Source: Bilabrum cf. latius
Taxonomy: Eukaryota
Length of the DNA stretch: 64,000 bases
Reading direction: 5' to 3'
Assembly (NCBI GenBank): GCA_965178125.1
Contig: OZ237750.1
Coordinates: 1 to 64,000, forward strand
Shown here: piece after piece, positions 36,301 through 47,400 of the stretch
Layout of the letters: every line of letters begins with the position of its first letter
Position numbering within the stretch: the stretch's first letter is position 1
Program-made: the position numbers and the translations under genes
The notes under the pieces: model-generated
What the model saw: the letters and a program-made list of their open reading frames with translations, nothing else
The model's database searches: none
What the model was told of the DNA's origin: nothing

Positions 36301-39279
36301 CTCGGGGGCACCGCGAGTAGGACATCGGTGACGGTGCGGTCCGCACTGCTCCTGCTGGGAATCCTGCTTGCAGCTGCGTCGTTTCTCCCATAGTTCCGAC
36401 TATACTACACCGCTATCGTCATGCTAGCTACAATTGCAGGAACAATAGGTACGTCCTTAGTGATCGATGATAGCGGTGTGTTCGGACAGACGCTGTATCA
36501 GCTGGGCGTGTTTCTTGTGGTACGGCTACCCTTCGTGTGGCAAGTCGTTGCCTCCGCCGTTGGATTGATCGTGTGGGTCATAAGCGCCAGCAATCAGACG
36601 GTTTCTACAGCATATGTAGCAGAGGGTGGCACAACAGGGGCTGTCTTTGAGATCGTGCTGTACCTTGCCTTTGTGATCGGCTTCAGTGCATTGGGTGCTC
36701 GGAATCTGCACGCAGCTATGCGAGGCGATTTCCTTGAGCAGCGCAGGCTCAGCCGAGAGAGGGAGGCATTCCAAACTGTGCTAGGCTCAATGTTACCATC
36801 CCATGTGATCGCAAAGCTAGAGTAGCAGAGCCTCGGTCTCAAGGTGTGGGGTGGCATGTACTGGGAGCATGAGCCTGACGTGACGGTCGTGTTTTGCGAT
36901 GTTGCCGACTTCGATACCGCCATGGAGCAGCGTACTCCGCACCACCTGGTGCAGCTGCTGGATCGGTTATACACTTTGCTGGATGCACTGTGCGAGAAAC
37001 ACGGTGTGACAAAGATGGAGACGGTAGGAAAAACCTGGATGGGTGCAGCGGGCCTGCACGGCCAGCGCGGCAATCACGCAGCTAGGGCAATCTTCTTCGG
37101 GTTGGATGTGATCAACACCGTTTCGCAGCTGCGAGACGATGATGGCACGCAGCTGATCAAGTTCCGGGTTGGTGTCAACACTGGAGAAGCTGTTGCCGGA
37201 GTGGTTGGCCTGAAAAAACCACAATTCTGCCTGTTCGGAGACACTGTAAACACGGCGTCTCGCATGCAAAGCTCGGGCCAAGCCGGAAGGGTCCACATTT
37301 CGAGCTCTTCCCATACCGCAGTTGCCGATCTCTTTGAGTTTGAACACAGAGAGATAGAAGTAAAGAGCAAGGGCCTCATGAGCACATACTTCGTGGGAAG
37401 ACCGGTTGAGAGCGGAGACGTGCAGTTTATGCGATTCGCCTAGTCTGCGGCTGGCAGCGATGGCACCCTAGGAGAGACGCAGTACGGTGCATCCACCGCG
37501 GCATCAATCGGCTGCTGGTGTATATCATCAGCCGCACGGGCCAGCAAGAAGGGTGCTACCACCCCCACCACAGCCTCGAAACAAAAGGCCGCGAAAGAGT
37601 CACTTACGGATTCACTGTGGGAAGTCGTGGCCGGGTTTGCCGATGCTAGGCTTGAGAAGCGCTTTCAGAATGAACAGGTGGGAGCCAATCGGGCAGCATC
37701 TGCTCGGTCGTTCATATTTGTGTGCCTGTTCCACGTATTCCGGCTCATGGACGCCCTGTTCATCCAGGCCAACGAGAGGTAGTCGTCCCGGTTCGTGGCC
37801 TGGAGGGCCGTGGGGCTGGTCGTCAGTGCTGCCATGCTGCTCGTGCTGCGTGTCAGAGCGAGGTCTAACGACTCGTCGGGTTGGAGCTCAACAAGGTCAG
37901 TCAAGATGGCAGTGTCGGTGTGCCTTGGCGCGCTGGCTGTCGTCACTAGCGCAGCCGAGTCGCTTGCGTGGCGGGTCAGCCTGGACCTGATCTTCTTGTT
38001 TGCAGTCGCATCCCATGGCGGCCTGCTCGACGTGGTGGAGTCTGGCATCACGTCCCTCATATGTGCTGTCGTGTTCTTCATTGTTTCTGGTGCCATCGCA
38101 CGCGGGCAGTACTCGGCCCCCGAGGGCTCACCGCTCGACGTCACGGTCGCTTTCTTTTGTCTGGCAGGGCTAGCAGTGATCATGGTGGCTGCATTAAGCG
38201 AGGAAGTGTACGTACGGCGACGCTTCTGTCGTAAGATGGAGGCCCGCGCGGAGACCCGGCGCATCCACTCAATCCTGTTTAAGATGCTGCCTCGGCAGAT
38301 CGTGGAGCAGCTCAAGGAGGGCAGGAAGACCCACGGCCAGGTGTACCCGAACGTGACTCTGCTCTTCATGGACATCGCAGGTTTCACCAAGATGAGCCAG
38401 GCCATCAGTCCCTCGCAGGTGGTGCAGCTCCTCAACTCTTTGTTCTCGGACTACGACAGGCTCACCGCCAAGCACGGAGCATTCAAGGTGCAGACGATCG
38501 GGGATGCGTACGTGGCGTGCGCGGGCCTGCCGTACGCAGACGCGGATGTGGACTTCAGCTTCCAGGACGATAATGAGTGGTGCAGCAGCAGCGAAGACGA
38601 GGAAGGGAGAGGGGGAGGGGGGGGTGGTAATCAGGAGGGTGGCACCGCTGCAGGAGGGAAGGATCGGAGGGGCAGGTCGATGTACTCGACTGCGGCCAAG
38701 CATGCAGCAGCAACGCTTGGGGTGTTCGGTCTCCAGGGGCCGCAGTACGCCGAAGAGGAAGTAGAGCGCGCGTCGAGCTCCCTGCTGGGGAGGGCAGCGA
38801 CCATGCGGGGCCGGTTCGCCTCCACTCGGTCGATACGCCGGCGGGCGGTCGCAGAGGCTGTGGGCAGGCCAACCACCCGGGACAACGCGCTGTCCATGCT
38901 CGCGCTGGCGCAGGAGATGCACAAGGTCTCCAAGAGGATCAAGAATCCTGCCACTGGAAAGAGCATCCAGGTGCGCATCGGGCTGCACACAGGCACGATT
39001 GTGGGCGGTGTGATCGGCACAAAGACCCTGCGATTCGATATCTGGGGGCCGCACGTCATGGCTGGCAATGCGATGGAGTCGAATGGGATCCCTGGGCAGA
39101 CTGTCGCGTCTAGCCTTACCAAGCATGTCATTTGCAGCGGGTCCAACCACAGGCTTCGCTTCGACCGTCATAAGGACGTTGACATTTAGGGCATCGGGAC
39201 TCTGGGCACCTACGTCGTGAGGCGGGCGGTGGGGCGCACATAGCAGGAATCTGGAAGCAAGGGCGCAGCTTAGACATGA
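30344..39279 (+). CDS. Bifunctional P4-ATPase (flippase) - guanylyl cyclase fusion, about 2950 aa
   Basis: Predicted intron 30412-30500, then one frame to TGA 39277-39279 with TAG only. P4-ATPase motifs: TSKY..FLPK.LWE(TAG)FRRAANVYFL, DGES (31051), PISL (31888), DKTGTLT (32101), WMLTGDK, GDGGNDVGMIQ (34498), FYKN. These are followed by two TM bundles and two class III cyclase domains. Confidence 0.93.
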
Positions 39280-39449
39280 ACCTGCAGCATACCTAGCACA
39301 GGATGCAGTCTATTTCCACAGTGAAATGTCCAGTTGGGTTCGTTCCCGTCGGTCGGGCGGCTGGTTCCGGTTTGCTTGAAATGGACAATCAGCGAAATAC
39401 TCACCTCTATCGAAAAATCCGCCTTTGTTGAGGTATTCCGACCTGTGGT

Positions 39450-41075
39450 ATGCTCATTGCGCTGTGTGGAATCCCCGCCTCTGGCAAGTCATCGCTAGCC
39501 AAGAGATTAGCAACTGTACTCGAGTTTCTCAGGCGCCCTGATGAACAGGAAGTCGTCATGGTATCTAATGACGAAATTGAAAAAAGGCTGCACAAATTCA
39601 GCACAACACGAGCACGAGCTGCTTGGCACGCAGCGAGGTTCATCGTGCGCGAGCATTTACGCCTGCATTTGGAACGCGGACGATATGTGATTCTTGACGA
39701 TACATCGCACCTTAGAAGCATGCGGCGACAAGTCCGAGGCATGTGTTCTGCAACAGGATCCTCATTTATAACACTACATTTGAGTGTAGGCGTAGAAGAG
39801 GCCTTGCTCAGGAACAAGCGGCGACCGATTCAATCTAGAGTGTCTGAAGAAACCATCCGAAAAATACATGGTGACATGGAAATTCCGAACAAAGGGGCGC
39901 AGTGGACACGGTGGGAGCGATAGTCGTTCATTCGTATTGACGGTTCGAAGTCGTAGTTAAGCTGCTTGGCTCAGGCCCTCCGGGCTTTGCGCTCATCAAA
40001 GCCAGTCCCACCGACGCCCTCACCCCCGGCCTCCAGTTGCCAAAGGGTACAGTCAATGACGTAGTCCAAATCTGAAGCTCCCTAGAGTGACGACTCTCGC
40101 ACTATCCTGCTCGAAGGCCTGGACGCTGTCCTCCGTCAGGCGGTAAAGGCAGTGGTGGGAGCAGCCAGGTCCGCTGTGCCGGTGGGAGAGGGTGAGGTAC
40201 CGCACAGTGCGTCGGTGCGTGCCATCGCTGCCTGCGGCAAACAGGCTGGCAAGCGCCTGTCCAAGGCTCGTGCATGGGCTCAGAAGCGAGGCAGACAGCT
40301 GCTCTCCGGTGAGGCTAGGACTGCTCCAGGTGCAGGTGCAGGTGCAGGTGCAGGTGCAGGTGCAGGTGCAGGTGCAGGTGCAGGTGCAGGTGCAGGTGCA
40401 GGTGCAGGTGCAGGTGCAGGTGCAGGTGCAGGTGCAGGTGCAGGTGCAGGTGCAGGTGCAGGTGCAGGTGCAGGTGCAGGTGCAGGTGCAGGTGCAGGTG
40501 CAGGTGCAGGTGCAGGTGCAGGTGCAGGTGCAGGTGCAGGTGCAGGTGCAGGTGCAGGTGCAGGTGCAGGTGCAGGTGCAGGTGCAGGTGCAGGTGCAGG
40601 TGCAGGTGCAGGTGCAGGTGCAGGTGCAGGTGCAGGTGCAGGTGCAGGTGCAGGTACAGGTGCAGGTGCAGGTGCAGGTGCAGGTGCAGGTGCAGGTGCA
40701 GGTGCAGGTGCAGGTGCAGGTGCAGGTGCAGGTGCAGGTGCAGGTGCAGGTGCAGGTGCAGGTGCAGGTGCAGGTGCAGGTGCAGGTGCAGGTGCAGGTG
40801 CAGGTGCAGGTGCAGGTGCAAGTGCCGGTACAAAAACAGTTGCAACACGGGATAATCACGCCAGGACTGCCTTACTGCTGTAGTGCTTGCGAGACGTGGT
40901 GTCCTCGAGTTCATCGACTGCAGAGGTATCCACGCGATCAGCGGACGGCGCAGAGCCACCGGCAGAGGGCTTGACCCTAGCTCGACTGGTAGCAATTTTG
41001 GTCATGGAGGCCCAAACAGGCCTGAGTGAGTCTCCGGTGGACCGATCCGATGCGGCAGAAGGTAATATTATCTGA
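39450..41075 (+). CDS. PSTK: L-seryl-tRNA(Sec) kinase (PSTK/KTI12-like P-loop kinase) with internal (Gly-Ala)82 tract
   Basis: LCGIPASGKS, ILDDTSHLRSMR, EEALLRNKRR, MEIPN...WE, LDAVLRQAV. Frame is continuous via TAG to TGA 41073-41075. Confidence 0.8.
40327..40818 (+). repeat. (CAGGTG)82 hexanucleotide repeat inside PSTK
   Basis: 492 bp with one CAGGTA variant at 40651-40656; reads GGT-GCA in the PSTK frame. Confidence 0.97.
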
Positions 41076-41271
41076 CGATGACTGAAGAACTTGAACAGAT
41101 GGATATCATAGGATCAAATCTAAGAACGAAGGACTCCAAGCCCAGATCCATCACGCTGCACACTAGCCCCACGTAGCCCTACTGGATGTGCCCGTTTGAT
41201 GCACATCATCTTCCAATCACTCAACTCGGGGAGCTGTTTGCTAGCGTCTAGTACTACTCCATGTACGCGGT

Positions 41272-43982
41272 TCACTTGCCCCCCTTCTTGCCGCCCTCAC
41301 CCGCACCCGATGACGCACCCACCGGGCGGGCGAACCTCCCGTAGCTCCTGTCCAGGCCCTCCACCGCGAGGGGCTCCTTGGGCTGCGCTGACCCGCGCAC
41401 CTGCTCCAGCATGAGTCGAGATGGCTCAAGGGGCTCCAGCGGTGTGGAAGTCGACAGCTGTGGCGCGGCATGCCCGGGATCGGCGGCACCCGCACCGCTC
41501 GCGGCACCGGTTCCTGCCGAGGCAGCCTCGACAGCAGCGCCCTTGGCGGCCCCCTTGGTGGACTCGGCCACCTTGTCCTCTCCAGTGGTCACCACGGGGT
41601 ACGTGGACACCACGCCGGACCACTGGATGCGGCCGGCGCACAGGTCTGCCACCAGCACTGACACATGGGAGATGGGCACCCGCACCTGGGCAGCCGAGTC
41701 GCGCTCCCTGAGGGTCACGCAGTCGTCCTTGGAGCTGTCGAAATCGATGGTGATGGCGAATGCGGCGCCTACCTCGTCAAACCGGGCGTACCGCTTGCCG
41801 ATCGACACGCTGGACTCGTCCGTGGCAGTGGCCAAGTCCCTGTCCATGAGCTCGCCGCGCACACGCCGCACCAGGGCAGCGTCCACCCGCTTGTCTAGGG
41901 GCAGCACCACGGCCTTGATGGGCGCGACCAGGGCGGGGATGGACAGCACGTACCTCTTCTCCTTGGCGCTCGAGGCGCGCATCACGAAGGCATGCTCTAG
42001 CACGCCGTTGATGATGCGGCCCACACCGAAGGAGGGCTCGATCACAGAGGGGAGGAATGCCTCCACGGTCACCTTCTTGGTCTTGCTCTTGAAGGAGAAG
42101 CCAGCGGCCGGCAGCAGCACCGCGTCCCCGTCGCAGTCGAGCGGGACCTCCCCGCCCTCGGGCGCCGCCTCCACCAGGGCCTGCAGCTCGGCCAGCTTGC
42201 CCTGGTCCGCGGCCAGCGCCTTGAAGGCCGCAAATACCTTGGCCTTGTTGTCTCCCAGCAGGGGGTTAAGGACCTTGCTGTTGGGCTTGAGCTGCAGCGT
42301 AGTCACGTCAACCGGCTTGTCCAACCGCTTGTTGGCCGTCATGGCAGTGCCAGTCTTGTCCATGTGCACCTTGAGGTCGTAGCAAGCGCGGTCCGCGTGC
42401 CCCACGCACTCCACCCAGCCAACTGACATGAGAATCTCAGCATCCCAGCAGTCGCACGCGTAATGTGCCATCTCTGTCTTGAGGTGCTGCCTGAACCGGA
42501 GCCCCTCAGGCCGGATGCCGATGCGCTGGAGGAAGAGGTCCGTCCTGGCCATGAAATAGGCCAGCGTCTCGTTGGCGATGATGCCTGCCTCCACGGCGGC
42601 ACCCGCGCTCATGCGGACGGTCTTACCGTCACCCAGCTGGTTCTCCTGGGGGAACAGCGTGAGAACGTTACCTGCGACCTCAGCGAACCTGGGGTGCTTC
42701 TTGTCCTCCGGGTCCACAAAGTGCTCGATCTCCGCCATGGTGAACTCCCTCACGCGCAAAAGGCCGTTGCGGGGGGCGATCTCGTTGCGGAAGGCGAGGC
42801 CCACCTGCGCCGCGGCGAAGGGCATCCTGTCGTTGTTGTAGTTGAGCAGGCGAGGAAAGTTCATGAAGATCGACTGCGCCGTCTCGGGCCGCAAGTAGCC
42901 CACCTCCTGTCCCGAGGGGCCGATCTTGGTCTGGAACATGAGGTTGAAGGCAAAGGGGAAGGAGAAGGCATCCCCCGCGGGGGTCTTGATGCCCAGCACG
43001 CCGAACAGGTCGTGCAGCTGCTTCTCATTGTAGGCGTCCGCCTGCCTGTGCACCCGCTGCAGCTCCTCCCTGAGTTCCTTGTCGGCTGGGGGGGCCGGGC
43101 CATCGGGAATGGCGGGGGCGGCGGCGGCTGCGGCTGCGTTGGCCTCTGCGGGGGCCACCACCAGGAGTGCCGCCTTGTGCGGGGCCGGCGCGGTGCCCTC
43201 CAGCACCTTCTCGATGTGCTCCTCGAGCAGCTTGTCGGCGCGGAAGCACTCGCCCGTCTTCTCGTCCCGGACCATAAAGTCGGCGAACTTGTCCACGTGG
43301 CCGCTAGTCTTGAGGACCTGGTGAGGGGTCAGCGTGGTGCACTCCACCTGAAGCATGTTCTCCTCCAGCACGAAGTGCCTGCGCCACGCCTGGATGATGT
43401 TGTCCTTCAGAGCGCAGCCCGGCGGGCCAAGGTCGTACAGACCAGCCACGCCCCCGTACACCTCAAACGAGGGTACTACGATCATTCTTCGAACAAGCGT
43501 GTCCTCGAATAAGTCCTTTTTGATGTCCCACGCGTCGGCACCGCCCTCCGCCTTCAGTCGCGCAGCCAAGATCTCCTTCATCTGCTTCAAGACCGAAACC
43601 TCGGCAATAATCGCTTCCTGCGAGCTCATACGATTAATGCAAAATTTGCTGTTCAAAATGCTTTCGTAAATTTGACATTGTCGTTCAGACGAATACCAAG
43701 TCTACACGTGGGAACATTGTCTGCTAACTGATAGCAATGGGATATGTCTCGTCCAAACTGGCGCAGATTCCGTCAAAGTAAACCCAGAGAGAGCATATCC
43801 CCTCGTATGGCGACTGCGGATAAAAACCTGGCACTTACCTTGGCAACGCCGGCCTGTTTCTTTAAGGCACGAATTTTCGCACCCTGCGCAGAAACTGCTG
43901 CCTGGAGATACGACAGCTCCATTTCGCTGCACTGCTCAACGGTAGGTGTAGCTACATCGCTTGACGAGCTGGCAGCCGACAT
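41272..43982 (-). CDS. GARS1: Glycyl-tRNA synthetase (eukaryotic homodimeric type) with N-terminal WHEP domain
   Basis: Exons 43982-43839 and 43617-41272 (intron GTAAGT..CAG) rebuild a WHEP helix pair. Motifs YGGVAGLYDLGP, YLRPETAQ, FRNEIAPRNGLLRVREF, EPSFGVGR and SIGKRYAR. Ends TGA. Confidence 0.97.
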
Positions 43983-44479
43983 TTGATCGACCAGACAAGG
44001 ATATGTCGCGCCAGAGAGCTCTGTCGATCCGCCATTTGCTAAACCGGAACCAACTTTGATGAACCCCCAAAGAGTGGGAGCGTGTGCGCGCCTCTCAAGG
44101 GATCAGTATGGAAGAGAAACCTATCGGAGCCACCTACCAGGTGTAAGATTACCGGGATTATTGCTATATGGCCTCTCACACGGCACCTGTCTGTACACGT
44201 GACGGCGGCCGCTCGCCGGTACTCCAAGTGTGGTCGAATCTGGCCAGTGACTCATCGAATGCAGAAGTTAAGCGGTAGCCTGGGTGCTAGTATCATTACA
44301 CGCACTTAAGAGCACACGCGGGAGAAGATCCAGGAATTGGATGTATGCACACGTCGCGACCAAAGTGCTGTGTCGCTTGCCGACTCATATTGAAGATGAG
44401 TACGACTAAATTGCGACCACGAACGGCAAACTTGTGCTGTCGCACTTGTTGGCACCTGCTACTGTATTCAGCCTCTTCA

Positions 44480-47400
44480 ATGCCAGGCCATGTGCCTGTG
44501 TGTTTCATAGTACGTAATGGCTCTGAGATTCACTACGAGGGAGCTATAATCGAAGTACCTGCGGCAGCGCCGGATCCGTTTCAGCAAGTGGCTGCCAGAA
44601 GACTGTTGCGAAGCAGTGTAGCAGCTGCAGCGGTGCAAAGGCAGGTTCCAGGACTTAGTGATGCCACAATTGCCGCCCTTCTGAATCCGACTTGGTTCAG
44701 TGTTGCGTCAGGCCGCCAGATTGAACCGGCCGCGGTGCTCCAAGCAGCTCGCCACCCGAAGGGGTACGCAGTTGGATGGTTCGATCAAGATGCAAAGCAG
44801 GCACTTGACCAGCAAATGTAGGCCGATGCCAAGCTTGTTTGTAGGACCGCGAAAGCTGAGCATCGTAAGAAACAAGGCAGGTTAAGGCAGCACTCTTCCA
44901 GTAGTGAGGCCAGCCCAGCAGTTGGGAGCGGAAGCTCAAGACTGGAGGTAGCCGTAGAAAAGGCTGTCGCAAAAGCATTCGAAGCATGGTTACCACGCCT
45001 ACTTTCTCGTATTTCTAGCTCGACGCCGGCTAGCGCGCCGTATCGAGAGCGAGTTCGGCTGGGCCCATCGGCGGAAAGCAGCCGTACCGGCAACAGCAAT
45101 CCCAGCTAGCAGCGGAGACCATCGCTTGGATTACCCCCGAGAAGCCATCGAAGCGGGCCTCAAACAGAACGTGTAGGCGTGGGGTCGCGGGCGTCTGGCT
45201 TCCCCCCTGCTGGTCCAATGTCGACTAGAGCCAGGATGGAGTTCGACGGAGATCAGGCGGGAGGCGGAAGGCGCTTCAGCTTCGATGCGGCTGCTCTCGG
45301 GGCCCCCGGCGGCAGTCGAATGCCAGTGAGTGCGCTTGCATTGGGTAGTGCAATGTCGCGACCCGCTAGCACGGGCGGGCGCGGCGCCGCTGCTCGTTCC
45401 CGTCCGAGGGGTGCGGAGCTCGATGCGCTGTCTTCAATCGAGCGTGAGGCGCTGGCAGAAGCAGAGGCTGACGCAGACTTGGAAGGGGGCGAGGACGAGT
45501 CTCCTTAGAGGACGGACGGGAGGCGGCTTGGAGCCGCGGGGGGCCAGCGGAACAGAGGTCGGTTCACCGTGCGAGGGGACGCCGGCCCGAGAGATACTTC
45601 CGGCTCCGGATCGCTCGTCTACGCGAGCGGAAAGGCGGTAGGCGGGGACGACCTGAATGGAGACGGTCGCAGCGACGGGGCCAGCACTCCGGCCCAGAGG
45701 AGCCTCTTCGCGGGGAGGAGGGCCCCGCCACCGCCGAGGCGAGACAGTCAGGCAAGCGGCAGCAGCAGCACAAGCAGGGGCAGGGTGGCTGAGCTGCGGC
45801 CCAGGCGAGCCAGTACCCAGGGGCGTCCTCCTGCCCGGCTCGGACGCGTGTCTATGGGAGATGCGAGCACGTTGTCGGGTGCAGCGGGGGCCCCAAGGGC
45901 AGTGAGGCGACCGGCTTCTGCCCACCTGCACCGTGGCCAGTCGTCCGCGATTGCCGTGGATCTAGGCCTGGCAGGCGACGATTCAGCGGAGCCTGCTGCG
46001 GGCCGCAGGGGACATGTCCGCCGTCACTCTGAGGCAATCCCCCGGCAGCTGCACGTGGACGACCTGTCCTCCTCGGTGACAGGGTCCATGCACAGCTCGG
46101 TGGGTCCAAGGAGGGGCCTGCAGAGGCCGCCCTCCCAGGAGCAGCACCACCCGCAGCAACAGCAGCAGCACGGTATGGATACCCCGCCCTTTGGATCAGG
46201 CAACAGCAGAGACCTGTCGGGCAGCGGTGATATAGGCAATCTACAAAGGTCCCCTTCCGCCACGGCCGCAATGCTACCCTTTCAAGCAGGCATGGCGCCC
46301 CGCAGGGCCAGCACCAAGACTCGCACGCGACGCGCTTCCATCGGAAATCTCGACCGCAGTGCACTGAGCAAAATGCGTAGGCTGTCGGAAGGAGGCAAGG
46401 TGATCTCCATCGAGCAGCTGAGGAGGGTCTCCAAGGAGGCGCAGGCAAAGGCGGATGCTGCTGCCAGCAGGTCGCGCCCATCCACCGGTGGATTTCCGCG
46501 CGGGTCCTCGCTCGAGCGCAATTTGAGCCCCGAGCCGGCCCTGGAAAGAGGCTCGGAGGAGGGGGCTGAGAGCGGAAGGGGCGCGGGCGGGGGCGAGAGG
46601 CAGGGCAGCAGGCGAGGGTTTATGGGCTTGATTCGGACCATGTCCAAGCACATGTTCGGGGGCAAGGAAGCTGATGGTTCGGATGGAGATGACGGGGGGG
46701 ATCAGCAGTAGTAGCAGCAGCCCGAGGGCATGGCAGATGCTACCAGGGGCAGCAGCCTTGGCAGCGACTTGGGCATGCACGGGGCCTCGGGGTCGAGCAG
46801 CGACCGCTAGCAATCCAACCAGGCGCACATGATATCGGACGACAGGGTGGCGAGCAGTGACGAGTGGCGGGTGAGCAGCGGCGCCACTGGAGCCACTACC
46901 TAGGACGCCTCAGCCGACGGTCGGGGCCACGGTCGCGCTGGAAGCGGCAGCGGGCACTAGAGCCTAGGCGAGGATGCGGACGTCGTGGAGCAGCTCTTCG
47001 TCGCGAGCGAGAAATTGGATCAGCTGGAGGATAGCGGCGACCTCACGGAGCGGCCGTCTTCAGGAGACGTTGATCGGCAGGAGGACTTGCACCACGGGGG
47101 CATGGACGAGGCCGAATCCACTATGTCCCGCAACCACGATGCAGCGACGGTGGGCGAGACACATGGGGAGGAGGAAGTGCCAATGGATGGGCACGGGTCT
47201 GCCACTGGATTGCGCTCCGAGTCCAAGTCGATGAGCTCCGGGGAGAGCAGCGGAGATGGTACAGCAGACGGCGGTGCTGATGGCGGGGATGAGGGCGAGG
47301 AGGACCACGAGGCGCAGGACAACGGAGGCGACTCCATGGAGGACCTCCTGGAGGTGAACACCTTTGATAGGCCCAGACAAGGCATCAACATGTCCAGGCT

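Noticed and set aside
40053-40995. Poly-CT, poly-QV and poly-HL ORFs
   Set aside because: They are alternative frames of the CAGGTG repeat; only the Gly-Ala frame is continuous with PSTK.
41378-43512. Long + strand ORFs antisense to GlyRS, and similar antisense ORFs at 57134-59932
   Set aside because: These are shadow ORFs caused by high GC3 codon bias of the real genes.
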